Assembly: GCA_001643675.2 (NCBI GenBank) | Contig: LSRY02000001.1 | Span: forward strand, 496,001-560,000 | DNA: 64,000 bases | Reading direction: 5' to 3' | Source: Monocercomonoides exilis PA203 | Lineage: Eukaryota > Protista > Preaxostyla | Shown here: piece after piece, positions 13,701 to 28,776 of the stretch | Position numbering within the stretch: the first letter of the stretch is position 1 | How the letters are laid out: every line of letters begins with the position of its first letter | The notes under the pieces: model-generated | What the model was told of the DNA's origin: nothing | The model's input: the letters and a program-made list of their open reading frames with translations, nothing else | Database searches by the model: none | Made by a program: the position numbers and the translations under genes

Positions 13701-14626
13701 ACGAGAAGCAAAAATTGAGCCATTCGAGCGAGTTGTGTGCGATCAGCTCCTTCACTTTCCACTCGTTGCAAGAAGTGCGGATGGAGCGGCAGTTCAAGTA
13801 GAACTGGGACTCGTCGTCGTAGCTGCCGTTCATCAGCATCACAAGCAGCGCTCCGCCTTCGCGCGCTGTGCTGGTGAAGGCAGAGGAGATGTCGAGGGAT
13901 TTCTTGGGGCGGGAGACAGATGAAGAGGAAGTAGAGGAAGAAGAGGAAGAAGAAGAAGATGACGAAGATGACGAAGATGATGGCTGAATTGAAGGAGAAT
14001 CAAAATCAGAATCAGAAGAAGAAGACGGAGAAGAAGAAGAAGGAGAAGTCGGTTTATGTGCAAGAAGAGGAACTGTATGCCTCTCTTTCAGTTGAGGATT
14101 GCCTTGTTCATTGTCACCAGAGGAGGATGAGGTTGTTGAAGATGCTGTTGTTTTGGTCATTGTTGCTGTGACATTCGAAGTTGGAGATGAAGAATCAGAT
14201 GCTGTTGCTATTGAAGCAGTATTAGAAGGAGAAGAAGAGGAAGAAGAGGAAGAAGAGGAAGAAGAGGAAGAAGAGGAAGAAGAGGAAGAGGAAGAGGAAG
14301 ATGATGATGATAAAATTGTTCCTGTATTAGGTGAAGCAGGAGAAGAAGATGGGTACAATGGAGATAACCCCGAGGAAGGCAGAGGAGCAGGAGAAGACGA
14401 GTTCGAAGGGGCAGACGAGGAAGGCGGGGTGACTGTGAGGAAAGAAGAAGGGCCAGGAGAGCTTCTGGCAGAGGAAGAGACGCTGGAGCAGGCATTTTCT
14501 TCTTTTTGAGTTAATTTTGGATGAATGTTGCTTCTTTTTGAGTGTGTTTCATGGGATGAGGTGGTATTTCGAATAGATTTGGGTTTGGCTTTGGGAGTAG
14601 TGGTTGATGTGAGACGAGGATGGGTC

Positions 14627-14663
<37 letters not shown>

Positions 14664-17600
14664 TTGAAGAAAATGTTTTTCTTGTTGAAGATAATGCGTA
14701 TTTTGCTGCTGTTGTTGTTGAAGAAGAAGCAACAGATTTCGGTTTACCTGCTTTTGAAGAAGGAGAATGTGATGAAGAAGAAGAGGAGGAAGAAGAGGAG
14801 GAAAAGGCAGATGAAGACGAAGAAGCAGAGGAAGAAGGAGAAGATGTTGCTGCAGTTGTTGATAAAGGTGTAGCAGCCATAGCAGTAGCAGCATTTGATT
14901 GAGCAGCATGGAGAATTCCAGTGTGTGTGATGCTGTTTGGCGAAGAGTTTGGTGAAGCAGCAAGCACAGCTGTTGCATTTGTGGCTGAGGAAAGGCCAGC
15001 AAAAGGAAACATGGAGGAAGAATTGTTGCTTTGAGGAAGGGCATTGGATGAGATGGGGATGGGGAGGGGGATGTCATCTTCTGAAGAAGAAGAAGAAGAG
15101 GAAGAGGAAGAGGAAGAGGAAGAAGAAATGAAGGAGGAAGAAGATGATGAGGAGGAAGATGAAATTGTTGATATAAACAACGATGCTTGTGCAGCAGCAG
15201 AGGAAATAGAAGAAGGAAGAGAAGAAGGCAGAGGAGGAGGCGATGTTGATGAATAAGAAGATGAATATGAAGAAGAAGAGGAACAATATGAAGATGATGA
15301 AATAGAGGAAGCAGCAAAAGCACCAGCATGCGGAGAAGAAGGAGCCAGCAGCATCTGCTGCTGAGGTGAAGCATCAACCGAATACAGCTGAGCCGATGCT
15401 TCGTTGAACGCTGTCTGCCCAGCCGATGAATATGACACACTCTGTAATGTGTTCCTCTCAAAAGGGGTGATGTTGAAAGTGAGGTTGAAGTCCACGGCTA
15501 AGTCTCCGTTCTCCAGCGGCATTGAGACCAGAGGGTTTTGTGCCAAAAGGTCGTTCACTTTTTCAATCAGCTTGCTTCTGACGATGATTCGGTCCAACTC
15601 CTTCGCATATGCACTCGAGATCGACGGGAACAGGTCAGTCACAGACGAGTTCTTCAGATCTGACACGGTGTCTGACTTCAGCTGGGACGATATAATCTTT
15701 CCTATTTCCGGTGCGATGCTCATCCTCAGCAGCTGCTCAGACGGGCAGATGTTGATTGGGTACGTCAGCTCTGTCCAGCGGCACGAGAACGCCTCGTCTG
15801 CCTCGATCTTCGCAATGAGGATGATGTCGAGGTCACCTGGGAGCGTGAGGGCAGGCATGAACTGCGGCTCGTTCACTTCAAACCCTTCTTCGATCGGCAG
15901 GTGCAGCTGGAACGGGATCTGGTCAATCACAACAATGTTTGCCTGTCCACCTCTTCTGACAGACTGCAGTGTGCTCAGCATCCTTGCTTTGTTTGCGGGG
16001 CATTTCGCGAAGCAGAACTGAGTTAAGATGGAAAGCAAACGGCTTTCCACTGTGCCATCATTCACATCTCTTATGATGATGCATTTTCTGCTGTTAGCCT
16101 GCTCTTTAAGGGCAGACTTGTCGTGCTTCTGAGGCACAAACAAGCTGTATGGTTGATCACAGTTATTGTATGACGTATTATTATTACTACTGTTGGTGCT
16201 ATTATTAGATGAGGTATTGCTTCCATTTGAACCGCCATTCTCAACTGCCAATGAAGAAGATGATGATGACAGCAATGACGCTCGCTGAGCTGATCTCGAC
16301 ATTTCATTTTTCTCTTCTGCATTATTCCTTTCACTCATCCTCACCCGTGGCGACGTCTGCTTAAACTCTGGGAACACACCGGATGACGCATTTGAAGAAA
16401 GATTAGAGGAGAAAAACGAGCAAGTTCCATTGCTATTGTTGTTGTTATTGTTATACTCCAGTGAATGAAGCTGAAACGCATGGACAATCTTGCTATACGC
16501 GTCTGTATCATCAAGTGAGATGCAGAAGGGAGATGAAAGTGGGTCAGCGATGTTGTACAGATGGTACACGTTGTTGCTTCGCGACGAAACGCTCCAGCGC
16601 GACAAAGGAGTAACCACCTGAAAGCGGTCGAAGATGAGCGGGCAGCGAGCATGGGATATGAACGATTGAGGCGTAGACACAGGGAAATAATCGCCGAACA
16701 TGTTGATTTCGCTCAGATAGTCGAATCTCAGCGTCGAGTGGAAGTAACCAGAAGCAAACAGGATGCAGCTGAAGAGCTCGGTGATGAAGCGGTTGTTCCC
16801 GCTGAAGGTGAGATACGAGGATTGGCTCTCGGCTTCACTGGAAGGCTGCACAAAAGAGTGCCTTGGAGGTGCTCCACGGGATTGGGACGCTGAAACGCTG
16901 GATGCAGATGAAGAAGAGGAAGAAGAAGAAGATGCTGATGAAGTTGGAGCAGAAGAGGAAGACTGGGAAGATAACGACGATGATGATGAGACTGAAGAAG
17001 AAGCAGAGCCAGAAGCACCCGAAGAACCAGAAGAAGAAGAACCAGAACCAGAAGCAGAGGAAGTGACAGCCGAAGAAGAAGCATTCGACGATGATGCCGA
17101 GCGATCAGCAGGGTTGCCAAAGGGATCAGAAGAGACAGACAAGCTGTTCTGCACGGAATATTGACTAGCCGCGCCTGCAAGAGATGTCTTTCGAGGCATT
17201 TCAGACACATAAAACAGCTTCTGGCTGGGTGAGGCGTAGTCGTAATCATAAGACAAGCTGTTAGATGTGATGCGCTCAGAGAAGTTGCTGGAGGCTGAAA
17301 GATTCGCACTGGATTGCGAATAACCTGATCCACTACCACTACCACTTCCACCACCACCACCTCCTCCTCCTCCTCTCTCGTTGTTCAAGATCTCGTTTGT
17401 GGAGCGTGCATAGATGGTTGGGTGTCCATCGTAGCAGTCGATGAAGCGCTTCAATGCAGGTGTAGATTCTTCTACAAGAGGTGCAGACAAAGTTAAAGCA
17501 ACCAGCTTCTGCTGATGGATGATGCTCATAAAGGAACGCAGCTGGTAGATGAAACGAGAAGAGGCAGCTGCTGCTGTGGAGTGGGTGTCGCAGAAGTGAG

Positions 17601-20236
17601 AAGAAGATGAAGAGGAGGAAGAAGAGGAGGAGGAGGAAGGAGACGAGGAGGAAGATGAATATGACTGTGGAGGGATCACAATTTCAGATGTCTGGCTGCT
17701 GGTGGTGGTGATGCTGGGAGAGCGGGTGATGGCTGGTGAGTGAGAAGAAGAAGCCAGCTGCATAGAAGCTGTTGCTGCTGCCGCTGCCGTGGCTGCTGCT
17801 GTAGATGATGCTGATATTGAGACTGATGCTGTATCTGACAGCTGCTTCGCAGACGACGTGCTTTCCAGGCGCAGCGCAGTTTCTGCATCGATTTCGAAGC
17901 TTTTTTCACTAATAGCATCCACCTCGTGTTCTCTCTCCAGCTCTGGGATCAGCCTCAGCGTCGACATTCCGTGTCTTTCTGCCATTGGGTTCGCAAATGA
18001 GTCACTTTTGATGGAGTACGTGTGGTCGAATGAAGAAGTGACGATGAATGTGAGCGGGTCCGGGTGTCTGGAGAGTGGAATGTGATTCTTTCTGATCTCG
18101 CGGATGACGTAGTCCCTCAGAAACAGCGTCTTCGTCTGCAGGTTGAAGCGGTTGGTGAGCAGATACACACAACACGTGAACATTGCATCCCCCAGCACTG
18201 TGCGCATCTGGTGGTTGAGTGAAGACAAGTCTGCAAAAAGGCTCTCGAGAAGCTTGTTCAGAGAGAACGACAGCTCTTCGGCACGAATGAGCAGCGTCTT
18301 TCCCCTCTGCACTGCCTCTTCTGTCGCATACTTGCTCTTCGCGATGGTTGCGATGTGCCTCCGGATTTGCGCCCTTTCGTTCTCCATCTGCGCAATCAGA
18401 TCAGCATACTTCTCCCTCCTGCTCTCTTTGATCACAAGTGTGTATGACAGTTCATACTGCCTCCTGTCCACCTCGTCAAACGTCGCTGAGTTGATCACCA
18501 CGAAGCACAAATTCTTCAGCCAGCGGAACAGCAGCCGCGCGGTTGACGGCAGCTCGGGGAGTTCGTGATAGCACACCTCAGTGTCCAGCCGCATGTTCAC
18601 CTCCTTCGCCGTCGCCAGGGAGACAGACAGAAGATCCACATTCCACATCATGTGGATCATCTCCACTGTTGGAATGTCCCGAAACTGCTCAATGAGAATG
18701 CGGTCGCGTATCACAAACAGGATGCACAGGTTGCTCAGCCGCTCCACATACATGTTGCGTGGAACCGACGCACGGAACGTGGTGGTGATGGTGGGGATGA
18801 CAGGTTGAAGTGTATCCATCGACTGCTTCACTGTGCCAATGAGCAGCTGCACCTCCATCGACGGCTGGCCAAGTGACTCTAAATGCAACATCTCCTCAAT
18901 CCTCTCCAGCTCTACACTCAGCACATCCATCTGCCTCTGTGTTGTCTCAATCGTCCTTTTGATCAACGAATCTCTCTGTTCTAAGAGATCAATCGCATTC
19001 TGGTTCTGCAGTAAAGTCTGAGTCTGGGACATGCGCTGCTGGAGGAGGTTTGTGTGTGTCTGGAGCTGCTCAATGATCAAAATTGTGGACTCGCACGATG
19101 CAATCTGCTGCTGCATCGCCCGGATGCTGTACACCAGCGCCCTGCCGTAGTAGTCTACGAACTCCACAAACTCTGAGTGTGAGTAGTTCTCTATGAAGTA
19201 TGAGCCAGATATCGTGTCTCTTCCTGTGAACCCCCACGTCGTGCTCTTTGAACTGTGTGTCTGTGACAAGTTCACTGCTTGTCGGTAGATGTTTGCCAGC
19301 GCATTCACAATCGCCTGCCTGATCGATTTCGTCTTTGCACACTGAACCTGTGCAGAATCAGGCATTGACCCAGAAGAAGCGAGGTGATCGGGAACATTTA
19401 TCTGCCCAGCTGCACAGGAAAACGGAAAAGTCTGACCAAATGAAGACGGAAGTGGAGATGAGGCAGGCAAGACAGTTGTGCCATACCCACCACCACTTCC
19501 TCCACCGCCACTGCTGCCACTGCAGCTTATGCTGCTGCTGCTGCCTTTTTCACTGTCTGTGCCATTTGCCTGTGCAGATGCCGTCGTTGCCAGCTGATGA
19601 ATCGCATCCTCCTGCACAAGTGTGGGGATGATCATCGAGAAAAACGGGTTGAGCAAGTTCAACGAAATCTGTGTGAGAATCTCCTGGTTCATCTGTTGCG
19701 TGTAGATCACATTCGCTTTGCGTCTGAACAGCGACAGCTGGCTGTACATGCGTGTGTAGTCTTCCTTGTTGATGTTGATGACCAGCCTTGTTGTCTTGTG
19801 CATTCTTTCCACCAGTGTGTCTATATCTGTCCCATAAACAGTATCCATCCCCTTCTTTTGCAAGATCCATGCTATCCTTCCCAAAAGATACATTGTGCAG
19901 TCTTGAGAGTCCACCAATTGGTATTCTTTTGCTTGCGCAAAGGAAATAGGCTCAATCTTCTGGAAAAGCAGACCCCGCTTCGGCTGCTCCTCGCAGAAGA
20001 ACATGTTCAGCAGTGATATGCAGTGCTGTGTCAGTTCTGACGTGTTGCTGAAGGAAACAACAAGAAAGCCTTCTAAATTGGGTGGATAGACAGCTGAGTG
20101 AGGGCGATACGAGATACGTGCACGAGATGGTGCTATTTGTGTTTGTGGCGTGCGGTGGTTGTTGAGTGCCCTCGGTGATTTCTGTGACTGGGCGAGCTTT
20201 CGTTGTGCTGATTGGTCATCTGATGAAGAGGAAGAG

Positions 20237-20268
<32 letters not shown>

Positions 20269-23200
20269 AGTTGAATTATTCCCTTGCTGACTGCCCATCG
20301 TTGATGCAATGAATGACTCTGTCATGCCGTGCTGGATGACATAATATGCAATCGAGTCCAGAAACTCCTTCAGAAAGTGCTCGTTGTACGGAAACTGGAG
20401 CTCGCACACAAACACAGACAGCAATTTTGAGGCAGCGCGGATGAGGAGGAGGTTGTTAGCCCCTTCAGTATCAACAGTAATGAGTGGGAAATTCGATTCG
20501 TGGAGTGTCTCCATGAATTTCAGGAAGAATTCAGCATAGCTGGGCGATAAACACAGCTTCGCAACGCGGTGGTAGGAGAAAGTTTCCCACTTGTTCTCTT
20601 CCTGTTCAGACTCTGTCAGCAGGCTGCACAGCGTCTTTGACACACTCCGTGCTGTTGTGTCCATCGGGGTAGGGCAGTGCTTGGACTCCTGTGTGAAGAT
20701 CTCAAAGCATCTCTTAGTAACTGGCGTGTCGATGTTCTGCATCTGCCTCATTTCTGCCATTTGGAAGCGCTCGTCTGAAAAGAATGCAGCTTCCGCGTCG
20801 TCAATCACTTTGTTCACAAAACTGACCAGACGTGTCGTCCGCTGCTGGAGCACATACACACGCTCGCACTCCCACCGCCACAGGGCAGCCATCGAGTCGA
20901 AGCTCTTGAAGGCAGAGAGAGACGCATTGCAGATGGCGCGGAAGACAGAAATGTACATCCCGATGATCGGCGTGGGCTGCCCGTGCTTCTCGTTAATCAG
21001 CCGCAGGTGGATGTAGATGGTGGCGGGAAGAATGTTCCCAAACAAAATGCGCTTCTTCTCCTTGTACGAGCCATCCTGTATCGGCGGGCCATCTTCGGGT
21101 GAATTGTCAGAGCCAGTGTGTGATAAGGGGAGGCGGTACGAACTCCAAATAGAACTTGAGTTCCAGATTGCTTGTGCTAACTCCACGTAATCGATGAAGG
21201 ATGGCTTCAAGAATCCGAAAATAGCATGATCAACAACAGATTGGTTGTTGTTATCAAACGCAAAGAACGCGTCTTCAGGCACAACGATAATAAGAGGGTT
21301 AGTTTTAACTAGCTTCCGCATCATGAACGACTCATCCAAAACACCCTTCTGCTGCGAGAAGGATTCAAACGCATCGACAACAGCACCTGAAATAGGTGGA
21401 CAGTCTGCTTGACTGGCTGTGTCTCTATCATCCAGGAAATAAAGCATGATTGATCTGAGTGGACAATAATTGGCAGCGAAGCGAGGGGCGATGTGGTCGA
21501 ATTCTGAGGCATATTCGAGAAGATACGTCTGGTCTGAGGAGGAATAAGGCACATAGCAGGTGTATGGCCAGTGCTCGTGGTAGCCACAGCGCGCAGCCCA
21601 AGCAGATGAAGTGCTCAGAGTCTCCTCAAAGATAGACGGCATCATACACCCAATCACATAGGCAAGTGATATTTCATCAATGTACTCGTCTTCCAGTAGA
21701 ACTGTCGTCCCGCCGCCAAACACGACAAGGGCAACTGCACGCACCATCATCAGATATGGTGTATATCGCGCTACCAGTGGCGATAAATCTTCACACGATG
21801 GCAAAAAGCCCAAAACACAATGAGATGGAGGGAGCCTCCAATTGACAACCATCTTCTTCTCTATCGAATCAGGGAAATAATCAAAAACTGTGCCAACTTT
21901 GCCAAACTCCACTTCCTTCTCAAACGCTGTCCGAAACCACTTGTCGAACAAGTGCGCATTCATCGCCTCTTCCCCCGGTGTCACCGTGTGCACATTTGGA
22001 ACATTCGTCGAGATTGTGTTGATGTCTGATGGCTCGCTTTTTGCTGCTGAATTCTGATCATTGCTCAGCGGAATCAGCGCCGGATCCACTTCACTCAGCT
22101 TCTTCAGTGGGGAACGGGCAGATGAGTCCACATACACATCAGATGACTGCCTCGACCGCACATAAGGTGGATTGTCCACCTGCCATTTCTCATACCACTG
22201 GGCAAAGTCGCGTATTGAGCAGTGCGGAGATATAAGCTGCCCTGCTGTGCCCCAAACAACTGCGTAGATGATATACAGCCTCAAGAGATCCATGTCAAGG
22301 CGAGTGCGGATGTGCCGGTTGTGCAGCGTGATGAGGGAGCCCAGAATCACCGTAGTTGTCTGCGCAAGCCCAGTGACGGTCAAGCGGGCATATGAGGAGT
22401 GCATACAGGTATATCCAGATAGTTTAAGGAAATTGATGCATTTCTGGAATGTTAGACGTAAAATAAGCACACTTGCCTCAAGATAATCTGTGGGAACCTC
22501 GTCTGTGAAGGATTTCGACCATGACTCAAACATCCAGTTGACCATTGTTAGAGAAGGAAACTGCACAGGAACAACTGGGCTGGAGAGGCTGAAGGCGATG
22601 GGGAGCTTGGTGAGGGCAGCGCGGGACTCGAAGATGATCTTGGAATGCGGAGGGAGGAAGAAGCGCTCGGCATGTGAGAAGTTGATTTCAATGGAAGGGC
22701 CTTCCTCTTTCATCGTGCAGCAGAAGCAGGTTTCTAAGAGAGATGTGAAGTTTGGCATCAGCAGCGGCTCTGTCACGCTGATCACAATCCAAATCGGCCG
22801 CTCGTTCGAAACATCCCCCAAAGACGTTCGCCCCAAACTCGAGTTCCACGTCTTGTTCTGAATATTCTGCAAGTTCTGTGCGTTTTGCGTGTTCTGATTA
22901 GTGCCACTCATAGATAGCAAGTCTCTTGAAGACCCGCTGCCGTCTCTGACAACACGCGAATTCTGTGCAGACAATGTCTGCTGCTGCTTCCCCGAGTAGT
23001 TGTATGATCTGAACTGGTTGTTCCACAGGGCTTGTCTGACAGTCTCTATCATTATTCGCAGCACTTGTTCTTCTCCTCCTTTCTTTTGAGATGACAGCAG
23101 GCGCAGGAGATACGGGTGCAGCTTCAAAATGGCAGGCTTCAGTTTGTATTTGTGTCCGAACAGCCGCCGCACCACTTTCACACACGAACTCTTTCCTGAA

Positions 23201-26200
23201 CCAGGTGGCCCACTCAATACCACTGACCAGTTCCTGTCAATTGTACAAAACACCTCCCAACACTTTGTGATGAAGCTGGCGTCGGCAGATAAGTTCAAGT
23301 CAGCTAAGATGGTGCGGATGATGGGGCTGGCTGAGAGCATCGTGACGGCGACGGTGGAGACAGATGGAGCGCCAGGCACAAAAGCAGAGGTGGTTATGTG
23401 GCTGCCATAGCTGGCGGGGGATATATAGTGTATCGACTGCAAATACGATGCTGAGTTCTCGTAGAGGAAGAATGTGGGCGAGATGGAAGGGAAGATGTCG
23501 TCGAGGGAGTGGTAGTACGTCTCAATGAGCGGAGGAAGCGAAGATTTCACTTCCTCTGTCATTGGGATGGATGTGAACACAGGATCCACCAGGGAAAGAG
23601 GGATTAGCTCTTCAAACTTGTACTCGATGAACTTCCTCAGCACGATGTACACTGCCTGCTCCTCCAGCTGCAGCTCCATCGCCTCCAGCTCGCCCGACGG
23701 CTGCGACGGGAACTGGCCAAGGGTCCCTTGCATTGTGCGCGGTCGCTGGCTGCTCTGCGCAGCTGTCTGGATGAGGTCGCGGAGGACAGTGCCGGCTGAG
23801 TAAGACAAACGAGCCAGAAACTCGAAGTCGTTCAGGGCAAACGTGATCTGCCGGTCGGTCTCGAGAAACTCGTAATAGCCAAGATCCACAAATGTGCTCA
23901 GAAACGAGCCGATTTTGTTCTTCAGGTCAGAAAAATGCACAAACCCGTTCGCACACAGAAAGAAAGGAAGGTAATCACGTGCAGTCAAATAAGGAAGCGT
24001 AATCACCCGAAAGATGCTGTCGAGGCTTTCCGGCACAAACCCTTCGAACGAGCTGTTGTCGCTGTATATCCCCGAAATCACCCAGTCTGACAGCGGCAGC
24101 GTGATCGACGTCTTCAGCCCTTCCAAATTGAGTGTCGTTGATCCGCTGAGGGAAGTGATGTATTCGTTCCGCCACTTCCTCAGCTGCGTGAGCAGGTCGA
24201 TGAGCGAGCGCCGCACAATCGGCTTCAGCAGCTCCAGGCCGTGGAAGAGCACCCAGTGGAAGTCCACCGCTGTTGCCACGAGGAACTTCTTGATGTGGTT
24301 CAAGTCGACATTCGGGGTGCACTCAAACACATACAAGTTCTTTCCGCTCGCATGCGCAATGTCGCTGATCAGCTTCTTCGCGAACAGCGTGTGTGCTTCG
24401 TGGATAACCAGCAGGGGGCCACAGATGTGCGCATTCGGCAGGTTCGCATCGATCACGCTCAGCATAAGCTCCTGGATGAGGTGCGGCGAGAAGCTGTTGA
24501 ACGGCAGAGAAGGCAGCGAGGCAAAGGAAGGGATCCACTCATACCCATAACCCAACTTCTTCACATCTTCGATCTGGTCGAGGGAGGTGTCTGCCTGGTA
24601 GTGGTTGAGTGCTGACTGTGTTTTTTCATCCACTGACATCACTGCTGCCTCCTCTATCCGCAGCTGCAGTGAACGCGTGTTCAGCAAGCCATGAAACTTC
24701 AAGTCGAGCAAATCTGCCGACGCTGATGCAGTTGTCGACATCACCTCTGGATCAACAAGTTGGTGAAGAGCAACTAACTCTTGAAGAATGCCCCCGACTC
24801 TCTGCAGCAGTGCCAGGCGGTGGGCGTCGAGATGGGCGAAATTGTAGAAGCAGACAATCAGACGAGACACAAACTCCCTGAACGGCGCTACAATCTCCTC
24901 GCTGTCTAAACTGAGCGCTTCTTCGCTCGTCCCATCCCTCGCCTCCAAAAAGCGGTCAAGCAAATCGTCTCCTTCCTCTGACGATGCTGCTGCTGCCCCG
25001 TCATAAAGTGAGCCTTCGTCGTAGTTGTCTTCGTCTTCGTAGTCGTAATCATCATCGTCGTATTCATTGCTCATCTGCTCTGAGAACCACTCATCCGCAC
25101 TGTCATCGATGCTGTCTGTGTCTGAGGCATCATCCATTGTGAACACGCTTCTCGAGCGAGATGCGTCTCTCAAGTCAGAATACGCTGAATGGCCTGTCAG
25201 CTTCTCCATCCCTGTCCCCAGCGCCCATCCTCTCCTTGTTCCGTTCCTCTCTTTCTCTCTTGTCGCTTCTATTTGGTCCTTCTCATCATCTTCTCCGTCA
25301 ATTCCTAAACCTCCTCTGCCTCCTCCGATTGCTCCTCCTCCTTTCATCCACTCGTATTTGGAGTATCGTGTGTGCCTGTTGTTGTTTTTGCCTTTGCTGA
25401 TCTCAGAAAACAGACGCAGCGAAGAAGAGCCAGAGGCACGCAGAGTTGAAGAAGGAGAGCCAAATGCGGATGAACCACGTGAATCAGATGAATTTCCAGA
25501 GAGCGAAGATAAAGAAGAAGAAGAAGAAGAAGAAGAAGCCGATGATAGTGGCGGTGGTAACGAAGATGATGATAAACCTGATGAGGAAGAAGCAGAAGAT
25601 GATCCAGAAGAACCTGATGAACCAGATGCTGAAACAGAACCTGCAGATTGCTGATTCGCTGTCAATGAAGAAGAAGAAGAAGAAGTTTGTTGCCCAGTTG
25701 CACCAGAACCTTCACCTGCCTGTGCTGCGTTTGCATTGTTCTTGTTGAATCCGAGCGTCTCCTTCAGCTTCTTGTGCTGCCTATTCATCATCTGCTTCAC
25801 CATCTTCCGGTTCCGCCCGATCGGATACTTGATCCTCTGTATCGACATCAGCAGCGACAAACAATGGAACACGTTATTCTGCAGCAGTATCACCAGTTTT
25901 GTGACTGTTTCGTAGTCCTCCTTCACCAGCGCCTCTGATATCTCCATCACTGTGCTTGAATACCATATGCGGATGACAGCATAGAACACCTGGATCTGCA
26001 GTGGGTAGCGCTCGGGGATGTCGTACTGGAGGAGTAAGTAGCAGAACCACTGGAAGAACGTCTCAAACTCGCTTATGGACTCCAGCCCAGACAAAACCTG
26101 TTTTTTCAGGATAAGAGCATTTGTCTTGTACATTAAGGCAGGAAGCGACCACACATCAGAGCCAATAGACAATCGGTCTTCGAAATAGGTGATTCTTTCA

Positions 26201-28744
26201 CCCCCTGCGCCTATGAGCATTGTCGCGCTCAGCATCTGCCCGTCGTTCGTGGCTTCGAACACAATGCGTTGTGCTCCCGGAAGAAACCTTCCCAAAATCA
26301 TCGGAGAAATCTCGAATGTCTCTGCGCTGGTGATGAATGACGAGGCAAAGTCGATCAGCTCATATGTGGTGAGGATCAAGAAGCGCGGTTTCTCCGGTGC
26401 GATCACTTTCATCTGGAGGTTAGGGGAATCTGCAGTGATGGTGTGTGCATCGGTGATGGTGGTGTCGAGCATGGCAGACACGTCGTAGATGAGCTGTGTG
26501 TCCATCATGTTGGCCATCTGAGATATGACTGCCCCTGCCTGCACAATCTGCTGGAGTATCTTGCTGGTTGAGTGGTCGAAGGGGATGATGCCGTGGGTGA
26601 GCGCAGCGTGCAGCCGGTCCATCACATTCTGCACGCGGAATAGAGAATACAACAGCTCCATCACTCCAGACAGCATCATCATCAGCGCATCGATCTTCTC
26701 TTTGAAAACAGACGTGAAGTCTGCGCACATCACATCCAGCAGCACAGCCAAGTCTAACTGTGCTCTGTGGATCAGGTATTGGCAGTGAGCTGTATCAACA
26801 GCAGGGAGTGGGGGGATCTCAGCCTCCTTTGAGCGCGAATGGATGGACGATCGCTTCCGCTTCTTCTGCTTTGCAGAAGCAGCTGAGCTTGAGGAGTTCT
26901 GCTGAGAAGAGCCCTGTGAATCGTCTGTGGACTGCTTTGAAACAAACTGGTTTGCTTTCTCAGCTGTGAAGTCCTTGTCGAATATCACAGGCGGGGGCAT
27001 CCCTTGCCAATACACAGCGATCGCATCCATCTTCTTCTTCAGCTCCGCCTGCACTTTGCATTTCTCCAGCACCACCTCTATCGCCCCCTGGCAGTCTTCG
27101 GTGATGATGTCAAACAAAACTGAAAGGATCAGCTTCCCTTCCTTCGCCAGGGACAAGTACTCTTCAAACAGCTGCGGAGGCGTCCGCATCCTTCTCAGCA
27201 GCTCCTCCCAGTGCATCTCCTGCACAGGCGCCTGCTTGATGAGGTTGATGATCTTCCACGCCTTCGAGTAGTTCGTGAACAGCAGGCTGAACGAGGTGTA
27301 CACAGGGAAATTCGTTACTGGCTCCTTCATTGAACTTAGCGTTTTCTCTGCTTTTTCAAAGAAAGACAAAGGAATATCTTCCAAGAGAAACTGCGACCAG
27401 GTGAGCTTAAACAGCCAGTCGTGGAGGATGGTCTGTGTCTGCTGGATGAGAATCCACAGGTTCGTCAGCCGGCTCACGATCTCGTCGCAGTCGTCCAGAT
27501 GCAGCAGAGGAGCATCGTCTGTGTGCGAAAAATCGTGCCGAAGCTGCAAAATCTCATCCCCGTGCATCTCCAGCACATCCAAGTCTTGTGTGTACCGCTT
27601 CATCACGCTCAGCGCCTCTCCCGCGGGGATGTCAAAGGAAAGAGGCGTTTTGGAAGGCGAAAGCAGGTTTCGGTAGAAGTCTGTGCTGTGCTTGTTGTAT
27701 TCTTTCTCCAGCTCTGTTATCTCCATCATCACTGCCCTCTCCATTATCTGTATCTGGTCCACAAACTGCTTGATCTGGTTCTTCTTGAACGCCTTCCAGC
27801 ACCTTTCAAACGTCAGCGCTTCCACAATCGCTTCGTATGGTGTGAATGAGAATGTCTGGCCAACGTGATTCAGCCTCCCCTGCACTTTGCTCAGAAACGA
27901 GTCCACCAGCCCCACATCCTTCAGCGCTTGCCTTGCGGTGTTGATGATGTCGATCTTCTGTTTTGTGGTGATGTGCGTGAACGAAGGGTCAAACTGCTGC
28001 ACAATCGCCGTCAGCGTCGCTGTCCCACGCGCACACGCACTGGAGAGCCGAGAGTTCATAAAGTTCAAAAAGGGCAGACTCCATTTGGCTGCTAAGGAGA
28101 ACAAATCCTGCTTGAAAGTGATGGTGTCGATACACACCCAACCCAGCGCTGCCCATTGCGGAAGCTCAGAAATGTTCTTTTGCCATTGGGAGATCATAAC
28201 AGTGTTGCGGAGCCATTCTTTGAATGGGGGGTTGGCTGTTTGCCGGAGGAGAGAAGAAGAGGAAGAAGAGGAAAAGGAAGAGGAAGAGGAAGAGGAAGAG
28301 GAAGAGGAAGAGGAAGAGGAAGATGATAATGATGAATGAGGGGGAGGTGAAGGAGAAGGAGATGAAGAGAATGAAGAAGAGGAAGAAGAAGGATGGGGAT
28401 GATGCTGAAGCTGATGAGGAGGGTTGTAAGTGAGGCGGTGGGATAATGTGCGGGAGAGGGTGACATCAGGAGAGAAAGAAGAGGAAGATGAAGAAGAAGA
28501 TGAGGAGGAGGAAGAAGAGGAAGAAGAAGAAGAAGCTGAAACAGAAGCAGAAGCAGATGTTGTGTTAACCTGCTGTGAAATCAAATGCATTTTTGAGGAG
28601 AAAGAGGCGCGGCGAGAAAAAAGAGAAGAAGCAGACTTGCCTTTGGCTCCGAAGACAGTCAAAGAAGCAGGATTGGTAAAGTTGAATGGAGCGTCAGTGG
28701 CAACTGATGAAGAATTGTTGGATGAGGAACGATTTGAGGAAGAA

Positions 28745-28776
<32 letters not shown>
